A stretch of DNA of 64,000 nt from an uncultured Blautia sp. Its GTDB lineage: Bacteria; Bacillota; Clostridia; Lachnospirales; Lachnospiraceae. A program made the position numbers and the translations under genes. Under the pieces are notes generated by a model, which did no database searches, was not told the origin of the DNA, and worked only from the letters and a program-made list of their open reading frames with translations. The stretch spans positions 61,046 to 125,045 of the forward strand of contig UQLX01000001.1 of assembly GCA_900541985.1 (NCBI GenBank), written 5' to 3'. This document shows positions 48,506-58,347 of this stretch, piece by piece (positions within the stretch are counted from its first letter, which is position 1; every line of letters starts with the position of its first letter).

Positions 48506-48592
48506 CAAATCAAGAAAATCGAGTGCGAAAGCAAGTGAAAAATCCCTGTGAAGTCCGTAAAATCAAGGCTTCACAAATTCTTCACAAAATAA

Positions 48593-48619
48593 TTAGCACT
48601 CAATGCTTGACAGTGCTAG
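48593..48619 (+). promoter_or_regulatory. CIRCE-like inverted repeat (HrcA operator) overlapping the clpB -35
   Basis: TTAGCACTC-N9-CAGTGCTAG versus the consensus TTAGCACTC-N9-GAGTGCTAA (16 of 18 positions). A TTGACA lies inside the element. Confidence 0.5.
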
Positions 48620-48723
48620 CAAAAAGTGATATGTTATACAAGAACTAGAACAGCAAAATAAATATTGCTGCAGTTTTCAGGCAGCAATCCATTACTTTTT
48701 GTATAGATACAGGAGGAGAGCCT

Positions 48724-51318
48724 ATGAATATCAGTAAATTTACACAGAAATCCATACAGGCTGTTCAGGATCTGGAGAAGATCGCCTACGAATACGGGAA
48801 TCAGGAGGTGGAACAGGAGCATCTTCTGTATGCACTTCTGACTCAGGAAGACAGCCTGATCCTTAAGCTCATCGAGAAGATGGAGATCAATAAGGAATAT
48901 TTTATAAACACAGTGAAGAAAGCACTGGATGCCAGAGTGAAGGTCAGCGGAGGAGATCTGCGGTTTGGACAGTATCTGAACAAAGCGCTGGTCAGTGCGG
49001 AGGATGAAGCAAAGGCAATGGGAGACGAGTATGTTTCCGTAGAGCATCTGTTTCTGTCTCTTCTGAAGCAGCCAAGCCCCGGCATGAAAAAAATCTTCGA
49101 TGAATTCGGAATCACCCGGGAAAGATTTTTACAGGCACTTTCTACCGTAAGGGGAAATCAGAGGGTGGTCAGCGATAACCCGGAGGCAACTTATGATACT
49201 TTAAATAAATACGGAGAGGATCTGGTGGAAAAAGCCAGAAACCAGAAGCTGGATCCGGTGATCGGCCGTGATGCAGAAATCCGTAACATTGTCAGGATCC
49301 TTTCCCGTAAAACCAAAAACAACCCGGTTCTGATCGGTGAACCCGGTGTCGGCAAAACAGCTGCGATTGAAGGACTTGCACAGAGAATCGTGGCGGGAGA
49401 TGTTCCGGAAGGACTGAAAAATAAAAAGATTTTTGCTCTGGACATGGGTGCGCTTGTTGCAGGAGCCAAATACAGAGGCGAGTTTGAGGAACGTCTGAAA
49501 GCGGTTCTTGAAGAAGTGAAAAAGAGCGAGGGAAACATCATTCTCTTTATTGACGAACTTCATCTGATTGTAGGTGCCGGCAAGACAGACGGTGCTATGG
49601 ATGCTGGAAATATGCTGAAGCCTATGCTGGCAAGAGGAGAACTCCACTGTATTGGAGCAACGACTCTGGATGAATATCGTCAGTATATTGAAAAGGATGC
49701 AGCACTGGAACGTCGTTTTCAGCCGGTTATGGTAGACGAGCCTACAGTGGAGGATACGATTTCCATCCTTCGTGGACTGAAAGAACGTTATGAGGTATTC
49801 CATGGAGTAAAGATCACAGACAGTGCTCTTGTGGCAGCGGCAACTCTTTCTCACAGATATATTACAGACCGATTCCTTCCGGATAAGGCCATTGACCTGG
49901 TGGATGAAGCCTGCGCGCTGATCAAGACAGAGCTGGATTCCATGCCTACCGAGCTGGATGAACAGAGACGCAGGATCATGCAGATGGAGATCGAGGAGTC
50001 TGCCCTGAAAAAAGAAACGGATAATCTGAGTAAGGAACGACTGGCAGACCTCCAGAAGGAACTGGCAGATCTGCGGGATGTGTTTAACACACAGAAAGCA
50101 CAGTGGGATAACGAGAAACATTCTGTAGAAAAGCTCCAGAAGCTCCGCGAGCAGATCGAGGAAGTAAATAAACAGATTCAGAAAGCACAGCAGAGCTATG
50201 ACCTGGAGAAGGCGGCAGAACTTCAGTACGGAGAGCTTCCAAGACTTCAGCAGCAGCTTGAGATCGAGGAGCGCAACACGAGAGAAAGCGGTCATCAGCT
50301 GGTGCATGAGGCAGTGACGGATGATGAGATCGCAAGGATCATTTCCAGATGGACAGGAATTCCTGTAACCAGACTGACAGAGGGCGAAAGAGCCAAGCTT
50401 CTTACATTGGAGAATGAGCTTCATAAACGCGTGATCGGTCAGGATGAGGGTGTACGTCTGGTAACGGATGCGATCCTTCGTTCAAAAGCCGGAATCAAGG
50501 ATCCCAGCAAGCCCATTGGTTCATTCCTGTTCCTTGGACCTACCGGTGTAGGTAAGACGGAACTGGCCAAGACTCTGGCAGCCACACTTTTTGATGATGA
50601 ACAGAATATGGTTCGTATTGACATGAGTGAATATATGGAGAAATATTCCGTATCCCGCCTCATCGGAGCGCCTCCGGGATATGTAGGTTATGAAGAAGGC
50701 GGTCAGCTGACAGAGGCAGTGCGCCGGAAACCGTACAGCGTTGTGCTGTTTGATGAGATCGAAAAAGCCCATCCGGATGTATTTAATGTACTTCTTCAGG
50801 TACTGGATGACGGTCGAATCACGGATTCTCAGGGACGTACGGTAGACTTTAAGAATACGATATTGATCATGACCTCCAACATCGGTTCCCCATACCTTCT
50901 GGATGGAATTGATGAAAACGGAGAGATTAAGCCGGAGGCACAGGATATGGTCATGAATGACCTGAGAGGACATTTCCGTCCGGAATTTTTGAACCGTCTT
51001 GACGAGATAATTCTGTTTAAACCCTTGACAAAAGATAATATTGGTAACATAGTAGACCTGATGGTGGCAGAGCTGGATCAGCGTCTGTCCGACCAGGAGC
51101 TTTCCCTGACCCTGACAGAAGCAGCCAAGGCACAGGTGGTCGAAAACGGGTATGACCCGGTATACGGCGCCCGCCCGCTGAAGCGTTACCTGCAGAATTA
51201 TGTGGAGACACTTGCTGCGAAGAAAATTCTTTCCGGCGATGTCCATGCAGGAGATACGCTGGAACTGGATGTCCGGGATGGGAAGTTTATTATCAATGTA
51301 AAGGATGGTAACAGATGA
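48724..51318 (+). CDS. clpB: ATP-dependent chaperone ClpB
   Basis: Clp N-domain, two AAA+ modules ('GEPGVGKTA', 'GPTGVGKTE'), and a long middle coiled coil. Confidence 0.95.
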   Translation: MNISKFTQKSIQAVQDLEKIAYEYGNQEVEQEHLLYALLTQEDSLILKLIEKMEINKEYFINTVKKALDARVKVSGGDLRFGQYLNKALVSAEDEAKAMGDEYVSVEHLFLSLLKQPSPGMKKIFDEFGITRERFLQALSTVRGNQRVVSDNPEATYDTLNKYGEDLVEKARNQKLDPVIGRDAEIRNIVRILSRKTKNNPVLIGEPGVGKTAAIEGLAQRIVAGDVPEGLKNKKIFALDMGALVAGAKYRGEFEERLKAVLEEVKKSEGNIILFIDELHLIVGAGKTDGAMDAGNMLKPMLARGELHCIGATTLDEYRQYIEKDAALERRFQPVMVDEPTVEDTISILRGLKERYEVFHGVKITDSALVAAATLSHRYITDRFLPDKAIDLVDEACALIKTELDSMPTELDEQRRRIMQMEIEESALKKETDNLSKERLADLQKELADLRDVFNTQKAQWDNEKHSVEKLQKLREQIEEVNKQIQKAQQSYDLEKAAELQYGELPRLQQQLEIEERNTRESGHQLVHEAVTDDEIARIISRWTGIPVTRLTEGERAKLLTLENELHKRVIGQDEGVRLVTDAILRSKAGIKDPSKPIGSFLFLGPTGVGKTELAKTLAATLFDDEQNMVRIDMSEYMEKYSVSRLIGAPPGYVGYEEGGQLTEAVRRKPYSVVLFDEIEKAHPDVFNVLLQVLDDGRITDSQGRTVDFKNTILIMTSNIGSPYLLDGIDENGEIKPEAQDMVMNDLRGHFRPEFLNRLDEIILFKPLTKDNIGNIVDLMVAELDQRLSDQELSLTLTEAAKAQVVENGYDPVYGARPLKRYLQNYVETLAAKKILSGDVHAGDTLELDVRDGKFIINVKDGNR

Positions 51319-51488
51319 TACCCAAGGACCCGGTAATTCTACTGAGTTATGTAAACACACAGCTTCGGGATTATTATGAATCCCTGGAGGCACTCTGTAC
51401 CTGCAGAGGTCTTAAAAAACAGGAACTGGTGGAGAAGCTTAAGTCTATAGATTATGAGTATGATCAACAGACAAACCAGTTCATATAA
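51315..51488 (+). CDS. DUF4250-like small protein (57 aa)
   Basis: The ATG overlaps the clpB stop (ATGA). '[28 protein letters not shown]...[11 protein letters not shown]'. It is below the ORF-track cut-off. Confidence 0.65.
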   Translation: MIPKDPVILLSYVNTQLRDYYESLEALCTCRGLKKQELVEKLKSIDYEYDQQTNQFI

Positions 51489-51529
51489 GAAGCGGTTTCT
51501 TCCGGTTTGATTTTCGGGAGAGAAGGAAA

Positions 51530-51567
51530 CTCTATGTGAATGGATCAACCATTTGTATAGAGTTTTT
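51530..51567 (+). terminator. intrinsic terminator after clpB and the DUF4250-like gene
   Basis: Imperfect 14-bp stem CTCTATGTGAATGG / CCATTTGTATAGAG followed by TTTTT. Confidence 0.5.
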
Positions 51568-51610
51568 CTTATACTTTTTAAATAATACAGTTCTAAAAGG
51601 AGGGAAACAG

Positions 51611-52036
51611 ATGATAGAAACTACAGGTACACTGTTTAACAAACTGAATAATCGTAAAAATGGCGAGGCTCTTTTGAGCCAAAAACAGACGGCTCCTACC
51701 TGTGCCCGACTTTTGCGGGAAATACTGGAGAAAGCGAAAATGTCGGTTTCGGAATGGATTGCCGGTGCAAATATCAGTAAATCATATGGATATCAAATAC
51801 TGAGAGGAGAGCGGACGCCTGGACGGGATATATTACTGCGTACAGCACTTGTGGTGCAGCTTTCTCTGAAAGATACTCAGCGGTTGCTGGCGGTAGGGGG
51901 ATGTGGAGCACTCTATCCAAAAGTGCGCCGGGATGCCGTAGTCATTTTTGCGCTCAACCAGAAAATGACCCTCCTGGAAACGGAAGAGCTGATTTCCTCC
52001 TTGCCGGAACGGAGTCTCTTTGACAAGGAGAAGTGA
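51611..52036 (+). CDS. helix-turn-helix (XRE-like) protein
   Basis: ATG at 51611 follows GGAGGG. 'MSVSEWIAGANISKSYGYQILRGERTPGRD' is an HTH-like segment. Confidence 0.55.
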   Translation: MIETTGTLFNKLNNRKNGEALLSQKQTAPTCARLLREILEKAKMSVSEWIAGANISKSYGYQILRGERTPGRDILLRTALVVQLSLKDTQRLLAVGGCGALYPKVRRDAVVIFALNQKMTLLETEELISSLPERSLFDKEK

Positions 52037-52037
52037 T

Positions 52038-52640
52038 ATGAACGTAAGAGAAAAATTTTTACAGGAATACCAGAGTCAGGTAATAGATTCTCTTAGACTT
52101 CCCCCTCTCCTGCATAGCCAGTATAGCACCTTATCTTGTTTAAAGGATGGAGAACGGCAGGTATATCTTATACAGGATCGAGCAGGCTGGCCTGCAGTAT
52201 TGAAAATGCAGCCTGCGGGACGAGAGGATGCCTTAAGACAAGAATATGATTTGCTACAGGGGGTAAGTCATCCGCAAATTCCCCGCCCCTTGCTTTATCT
52301 GGAGTGGGAAGGAGTAGAGTATCTGGTTCGAGAATATGTGGAAGGCATTAGTCTTTATGAGCTGGTGACAGCTAAGGGGGCTCTTGCACCAGACAAAGTG
52401 CGGTCAATTGCCAAATCTCTGTGTCAGGTATTACACTATCTACATAGTCAGAGTCCGCCAGTTATATGTCGGGATGTGAAGCCTCAGAATGTAGTTTTGG
52501 ATTCGTCTGGCTGCTGTCATCTCATAGATTTGGGAACTGCCCGCCGCCATCGGCCAGAAAAAAAGGGAGATACTGTGTTCCTGGGAACTCAGGCGACTGC
52601 TCCGCCAGAGCAATTTGGATACAATATGATTACCAACTGA
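52038..52640 (+). pseudogene. Ser/Thr protein kinase truncated just after the APE motif
   Basis: Catalytic Lys 'AVLKMQ', 'ICRDVKPQNVVL', 'DLGTAR', 'TQATAPPEQFGY', then 'NMITN*'. Subdomains IX-XI and any C-terminal domain are missing. Confidence 0.65.
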
Positions 52641-53137
52641 AGGCCGGAGAAGTGACCGAAATTTATGATACGACTTTTGATAAAATGGTTACGGTCACTG
52701 TAGATCCAGACAGCACGCGAGATGGAGCAAATGATTTACGCAGTAATCTCTTTTTTGACAACTGCACCTTTGACGGAGGTCTTACTATCGTAGGCGACTA
52801 TCATGCTATGGTCAGCTTGGGGGGCGGTTGTACTTTTGGTGATGATTCTACTGTTATTTGTAAAGAAGCTACATCTGGAACTGCAAAAGAAACAACACTG
52901 GAAGATAACCTGGTGAAATTGTTTGTGTCTTGTGAAGGAGTTACTGTAAATACGGAATCGGCAATGGGGGTAATTACGGATAGTCCTGATATTATTTTGA
53001 ACGGTATAACTTACAGCAAAAAAGAGCTTGCTCCAGATACCGATTTTCTGGGCGTATATAGCATTTATGAAGACAGCACAATTACATATATCAAACTTGC
53101 CATCGGTGAAGATGACAGCGTAGAGTTTTTAGACTGA
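52627..53137 (+). pseudogene. orphan C-terminal coding segment in a different frame (no start of its own)
   Basis: The distal part of the ORF-track frame 52466-53137, 'YQLKAGEVTEIYDTTFDKMVTVTVDPD...DDSVEFLD', is protein-like. The proximal part overlaps the kinase in another frame. Confidence 0.45.
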
Positions 53138-53141
53138 TTAT

Positions 53142-53180
53142 AGCTCCTCTACTTTTTGAATAGCAGAGGAGCTGTTTTTT
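53142..53180 (+). terminator. intrinsic terminator
   Basis: AGCTCCTCT (53142-53150) / AGAGGAGCT (53165-53173), followed by GTTTTTT. Confidence 0.65.
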
Positions 53181-53291
53181 ATAATTACTCGTCTAATGAT
53201 TATATTGTGAAAATAATGTGTTCAAAAGATGAAAAAAGTGTAAAGTGCACAAAAATTACTTGCCTTTTTTGTGCAAAAGAGTATCATATAA

Positions 53292-53307
53292 AATTAGTCG
53301 ACTAATT
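53292..53307. promoter_or_regulatory. perfect 16-bp palindrome AATTAGTCGACTAATT, candidate MarR operator
   Basis: Exact dyad symmetry. It lies 20 nt upstream of the marR-like ATG, between the putative -10 and the RBS. Confidence 0.5.
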
Positions 53308-53326
53308 AAAAGACAGGAGATAAAAA

Positions 53327-53815
53327 ATGAAAACGGAAAAAGAACCAGAGGAAACCGGATTCCAGGATTTATTTGTACAGCTGAACAGAGCCTACGCATC
53401 CAAATGTTTCCGGCAGATGGCGGCTCTGGGACTTCATCCCGGCCAGATCCCCTTTATCATGCTTTTGTCCCAGCATGAGGATATGAGTCAGAAGGAGATC
53501 GCGGAGGAGCTTCAGGTAAAGCCGCCCACAGTCAATGTCATGGTGCAGCGTATGGAAAAAGCCGGAATCATCGGACGGAAGCACGATCCGGATGACCAGA
53601 GAGTAACCAGGGTTTTTCTCACAGAAAAAGGACAGGAGATGAAGACGCTTGTTGCCAGACAGGTAGAGAAAAACGAAAGCTACGTGCAGAAGGGGTTCAC
53701 CGATACGGAAAAATGTCTGTTCCGTCGTTTTCTGGAGCAGATTATAGAAAATATTCACAATATCCCGGAGGATGCCGAAGGGGAAACTGAGGAAAAAGGA
53801 GAGGCTGACAATTGA
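53327..53815 (+). CDS. MarR family transcriptional regulator
   Basis: Winged-helix 'MSQKEIAEELQVKPPTVNVMVQRMEKAGIIGRKHDPDDQRV'. Confidence 0.85.
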   Translation: MKTEKEPEETGFQDLFVQLNRAYASKCFRQMAALGLHPGQIPFIMLLSQHEDMSQKEIAEELQVKPPTVNVMVQRMEKAGIIGRKHDPDDQRVTRVFLTEKGQEMKTLVARQVEKNESYVQKGFTDTEKCLFRRFLEQIIENIHNIPEDAEGETEEKGEADN

Positions 53816-55980
53816 TCAAGTTAATGAAATATCTGAAAAGATCAGCCGGATATGTGGTGCTGATCATTGCTCTGCTGTTTCTGCAGGCATACTGTGATCT
53901 GTCGCTGCCGGATTACACTTCAAGAATCGTGAATGTGGGAATCCAGCAGAAAGGGATTGAAGATGGTGTACCTGAGAAATTGCGGAAATCCTCCATGGAC
54001 AGTCTGAAACTGTTTATGAGTGAGGAGGAGGCTTCCGGGATGGAGGCGGCTTACACAGAGGAGGGGGATATCTGTACTCTCCATAAAGACATAGACAAAG
54101 AAACCAGAGAAGAGCTGAATGAAAGCCTTGGAAAACCCATGCTGATCCTTACAGGCCTTATGACAGGAGGCGGGGAGACAGAAAAAATGCTGACAGAAAT
54201 GGGATTTCCAGAAGATACAGATCCCATAGAGGCCATTGCAGCGATGCCGGAAGAGGCAAGAGCACAGATGACAGAAGCCATGGAAGAGAAATTTGCGGAA
54301 ATGCCGGATTCGATCATTACGCAGGCAGCAGTTTCTTATGTGCAGATGGAATATGAAGCCCTGGGAGAGGATATTGACAAAATTCAGATGAACTATATCG
54401 GAAAAGCGGGGCTGAAGATGATTCTGATGGCGCTTCTGATCATGGCAGCATCCATATCGGTGGTTTTTCTTTCTGCAAAGGTGGCTGCCAGCCTTGGACA
54501 TGATATCAGAGGAGATGTTTACCGGAAAGTCATTGGATTTTCCAGCAATGAATATAATAAATTTTCCACGGCGTCTCTGATCACAAGAAGCACCAACGAT
54601 GTGCAGCAGGTTCAGCAGACCATGGCCATGATGTTTCGGATCGTGCTGTATGCACCGATCATCGGTATCGGAGGTGTCCTCAGAGTTCTGGATACGGATT
54701 CTTCCATGACCTGGATTCTTGGTGTGGGAGTGGTGCTGATCCTTGTTTTGATCGGGCTTCTTTTTTCCATTGCCATGCCGAAGTTTACAAAGCTTCAGGC
54801 GCTGATCGACAGGCTGAATCTGGTTACCCGTGAAATACTTACGGGAATTCCTGTGATCCGTGCATTCAGCAGGGAAAAGCATGAGGAAGAACGCTTTGAG
54901 GATGCAAACCACATCCTGACAAAGACCAATCTGTTTGTAAACAGGTGTATGACCTTTATGATGCCGTCCATGATGCTGATCATGAATGGGATCTCTGTTC
55001 TGATCGTATACAATGGTGCCCATGCGGTGGATGCCGGAAATATGCAGGTGGGGGATATGATGGCATTTATTCAGTATGCAATGCAGATCATTATGGCTTT
55101 CCTGATGATTACAGCAATGTCTATCATGCTTCCGAGAGCCAATGTGGCGGCGCTCCGTATTGTGGAGATTCTGGAAACAGAGAATTCTCTGGAAGATCCT
55201 GAGAATCCGGTTCATCCATCTTCTGCAGAGACCGGAACAGTAGAATTTGACCATGTATCCTTTGCTTATCCGGATGCAGGAGAAAATGTACTGACGGATA
55301 TCAGCTTTAAGCTTCAGAAGGGACAGACCCTTGCTGTGATCGGAAGCACCGGAAGCGGAAAAAGTACCCTGATCAATCTGATCCCCAGATTTTATGACGC
55401 AACAGAAGGGCAGGTAAAGGTAGATGGTACAGATGTCCGGGATATGGCACAGAAGGATCTGAGGGACCGTCTGGGATATGTTCCGCAGAAAGGTGTGCTT
55501 TTTTCCGGAACGATTGATTCCAATATCCGGTACGGAAAGACAGAGATTTCACGGGATCAGGTAAAAATGGCTGCGGCAGTTGCACAGGCACAGGATTTCA
55601 TCGAGGAAAAGCCTCACGGCTATGATTCCCCGGTATCGCAGGGAGGTACGAATGTGTCCGGCGGACAGAAGCAGAGACTTTCCATTGCCCGGGCGATCGC
55701 AAGAGATCCGGAGATCTTTATCTTTGACGACAGCTTTTCCGCCCTTGATTTTAAGACCGATAAAACTCTGAGACAGGCATTGAAGGAGCACACCGGAAAT
55801 GCGACTACTATTATCGTGGCACAGCGTATCAGTACCATTCTGGGGGCAGATCAGATCCTGGTACTGGACGAAGGAAGAATGGCAGGGCTCGGAACTCACA
55901 GAGTGCTGATGAAAAACTGTGAGGTATACCGGCAGATCGCCATGTCACAGCTATCAGAGGAGGAACTGGCAAATGAGTGA
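53812..55980 (+). CDS. ABC exporter, fused permease/ATPase (half of a heterodimer), with a long extracytoplasmic insert after TM1
   Basis: Six-TM exporter fold, 'GSTGSGKST', 'VSGGQKQRLSIARA', 'FIFDDSFSALD'. Confidence 0.9.
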   Translation: MIKLMKYLKRSAGYVVLIIALLFLQAYCDLSLPDYTSRIVNVGIQQKGIEDGVPEKLRKSSMDSLKLFMSEEEASGMEAAYTEEGDICTLHKDIDKETREELNESLGKPMLILTGLMTGGGETEKMLTEMGFPEDTDPIEAIAAMPEEARAQMTEAMEEKFAEMPDSIITQAAVSYVQMEYEALGEDIDKIQMNYIGKAGLKMILMALLIMAASISVVFLSAKVAASLGHDIRGDVYRKVIGFSSNEYNKFSTASLITRSTNDVQQVQQTMAMMFRIVLYAPIIGIGGVLRVLDTDSSMTWILGVGVVLILVLIGLLFSIAMPKFTKLQALIDRLNLVTREILTGIPVIRAFSREKHEEERFEDANHILTKTNLFVNRCMTFMMPSMMLIMNGISVLIVYNGAHAVDAGNMQVGDMMAFIQYAMQIIMAFLMITAMSIMLPRANVAALRIVEILETENSLEDPENPVHPSSAETGTVEFDHVSFAYPDAGENVLTDISFKLQKGQTLAVIGSTGSGKSTLINLIPRFYDATEGQVKVDGTDVRDMAQKDLRDRLGYVPQKGVLFSGTIDSNIRYGKTEISRDQVKMAAAVAQAQDFIEEKPHGYDSPVSQGGTNVSGGQKQRLSIARAIARDPEIFIFDDSFSALDFKTDKTLRQALKEHTGNATTIIVAQRISTILGADQILVLDEGRMAGLGTHRVLMKNCEVYRQIAMSQLSEEELANE

Positions 55981-57832
55981 AAACAGAAGAGGCCATATGG
56001 GGGGACCCATGGGGCATGGAAGGGGAATGCATGGAGGAGAAAAAGCCAAAGACTTTAAAGGATCGATGGCAAGGATCCTCCGGTATATGGGACGGTATAA
56101 ACTCCGTTTTATCCTGATGTTCTTTTTTGCAGTAGCAGGTACGATCTTTAATATCTGGGGACCTAAGGTTCTTGGAAAAGCAACCACAGAACTTTTTTCC
56201 GGACTTGTTGCAAAGGTAAACGGCACAGGGGGCATTGATTTTGAAAAAATCGGAATGATCCTTTTGAGCGTTATGGCACTGTATCTGGTAAGTTCCTGCT
56301 TCTCGTTTATACAGGGATTTGTCATGACCGGGATATCGAATGATGTGACTTATAATCTGAGAAAGGATATCTCTAAAAAGATCAACCGTCTGCCGATGAA
56401 TTATTTTGAGAGCAGAACAAACGGGGAAATTCTTTCAAGGGTTACAAATGATGTGGATACCCTGCAGATGAGCCTGAATCAGAGTATGACACAGCTGATC
56501 ACTTCAGTCACTACCATTATTGGCGTTCTGTTTATGATGCTGTCCATCAATGTATGGATGACACTGGCAGCTGTTCTGATTCTTCCGGTTTCCATGGTGA
56601 TCATTAATTTTGTGATGAAACATTCTCAGAAATACTTCCGGGACCAGCAGAATTATCTTGGAAAAGTAAACGGACAGATTGAAGAAAATTATGGCGGACA
56701 TAATGTAGTGAAAGTGTTCAGCAAGGAACAGGATGTAGTAAGAGAATTTGAAGAAGACAACAAAAAGCTTTATGAGTCGGCATGGAAATCCCAGTTCTTT
56801 TCCGGAATGATGATGCCTGTTATGCAGTTTGTAGGAAATCTGGGTTATGTAATGGTTGCCTTTCTGGGTGGTGTGTTTACCATTAAGGGAAGTATTGAGG
56901 TGGGAGATATCCAGTCCTTCTTCCAGTATATCCGAAACTTTACTCAGCCGATCCAGCAGATCGCCCAGGTGACCAACCTCCTGCAGTCATCTGCTGCGGC
57001 TTCCGAGCGGGTATTTGAATTTCTGGATGAGCCGGAAGAGGTGCAGAAGGCAGAACATCCGGTTTCTGTTGAAAATCTTTCCGGTGAGGTGCAGTTTGAC
57101 CATGTTTCCTTCGGATATGATCCGGAGAAGATCATTATCCATGATTTTTCTGCAAAGGTGAAGGACGGGCAGAAGATTGCCATTGTAGGACCGACCGGTG
57201 CGGGTAAGACCACAATGGTGAAACTGCTTATGAGATTTTATGATGTAAACAGCGGACAGATCCGGGTGGACGGTCACGATATCAGGGATTTTAACAGAAG
57301 CGAGCTTCGTGAAATGTTTGGTATGGTACTTCAGGATACCTGGCTGTTTTCCGGAACAATTATGGAAAATATCCGTTACGGAAGGCTGGATGCCACTGAC
57401 GAGGAGGTTATTGCAGCTGCGAAAGCGGCTCATATCCATAATTTTATCATGCAGCAGCCCGGTGGCTATCAGATGGTGCTGGATGAAGAGACCAGCAATA
57501 TTTCCCAGGGGCAGAAACAGCTTCTTACCATTGCAAGAGCCATTCTTGCAGACAATAAGATCCTGATCCTGGACGAGGCAACCTCTTCGGTAGATACCCG
57601 AACCGAAATGCGGATCCAGAAAGCAATGAACAATCTGATGAAAGGAAGAACCAGCTTTGTGATCGCTCATCGCCTTTCTACCATTAAGGATGCAGATCTG
57701 ATCCTGGTGATGAAGGACGGAGATATCATTGAGCAGGGAAATCATACGGAACTTCTGGAAAAAGGCGGATTTTATGCGGAACTGTATTACAGTCAGTTTG
57801 AGAACAGCGGAAAAGGCCAGATGTGTTCCTGA
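55973..57832 (+). CDS. ABC exporter, fused permease/ATPase (second half of the heterodimer)
   Basis: The ATG at 55973 overlaps the upstream stop region. 'GPTGAGKTT', 'ISQGQKQLLTIARA', 'LILDEATSSVD'. Confidence 0.9.
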   Translation: MSENRRGHMGGPMGHGRGMHGGEKAKDFKGSMARILRYMGRYKLRFILMFFFAVAGTIFNIWGPKVLGKATTELFSGLVAKVNGTGGIDFEKIGMILLSVMALYLVSSCFSFIQGFVMTGISNDVTYNLRKDISKKINRLPMNYFESRTNGEILSRVTNDVDTLQMSLNQSMTQLITSVTTIIGVLFMMLSINVWMTLAAVLILPVSMVIINFVMKHSQKYFRDQQNYLGKVNGQIEENYGGHNVVKVFSKEQDVVREFEEDNKKLYESAWKSQFFSGMMMPVMQFVGNLGYVMVAFLGGVFTIKGSIEVGDIQSFFQYIRNFTQPIQQIAQVTNLLQSSAAASERVFEFLDEPEEVQKAEHPVSVENLSGEVQFDHVSFGYDPEKIIIHDFSAKVKDGQKIAIVGPTGAGKTTMVKLLMRFYDVNSGQIRVDGHDIRDFNRSELREMFGMVLQDTWLFSGTIMENIRYGRLDATDEEVIAAAKAAHIHNFIMQQPGGYQMVLDEETSNISQGQKQLLTIARAILADNKILILDEATSSVDTRTEMRIQKAMNNLMKGRTSFVIAHRLSTIKDADLILVMKDGDIIEQGNHTELLEKGGFYAELYYSQFENSGKGQMCS

Positions 57833-57843
57833 AAGCAGGCAGA

Positions 57844-57884
57844 GAGCAGCGGATGACAGAACCCTTGTCATCGGCTGCTCTTTT
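57844..57884 (+). terminator. intrinsic terminator of the ABC exporter operon
   Basis: 15-bp stem GAGCAGCGGATGACA / TGTCATCGGCTGCTC (one mismatch), followed by TTTT. Confidence 0.7.
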
Positions 57885-58022
57885 CGATATAATGAAAGAT
57901 ACTGCATGTAAAAAAGATTGTAAATCTGCTCTTTGGGGGATTGTATATTACAGTCTGATCCGGGGTATCGTGTATGATAAAAACGATACCAATAAAAAAT
58001 CCAGGATAAAGGAGGATTTAAC

Positions 58023-58343
58023 ATGATTGTAACGACAACCAATGCTATAGATGGAAAAAGAATTGTAGAATATAAAGGAATCGTATTTGGTGAAGTTGTC
58101 AGCGGTGTAAATGTGCTGAGAGATTTTACCGCAGGAGTCAGAAACTTTTTTGGAGGAAGATCAGCCGGTTATGAGGAAGAACTTCAGAATGCCAGAGAAG
58201 AAGCTATCCGTGAAATGGAAGAAAGGGCAGCAGGCCGGGGCGCCAATGCAGTGATCGGCGTGGATGTAGACTATGAAGTTCTGGGAAGCGACAATGGGAT
58301 GCTTATGGTCACAGTCAGCGGCACAGCTGTTGTAGTGTCATAG
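58023..58343 (+). CDS. ybjQ: YbjQ-family (UPF0145) protein
   Basis: 'MIVTTTN...[16 protein letters not shown]...G.RN..GGRS..YE' is the typical YbjQ pattern. Confidence 0.85.
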   Translation: MIVTTTNAIDGKRIVEYKGIVFGEVVSGVNVLRDFTAGVRNFFGGRSAGYEEELQNAREEAIREMEERAAGRGANAVIGVDVDYEVLGSDNGMLMVTVSGTAVVVS

Positions 58344-58347
58344 TTTT

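Noticed and set aside
48501-48520. A CtsR operator upstream of clpB (GGTCAAATCAAGAAAAT).
   Set aside because: Only the first heptad matches (A/G)GTCAAA. The second half-site is degenerate. The CIRCE-like element 90 nt downstream is a much better match to a known operator.
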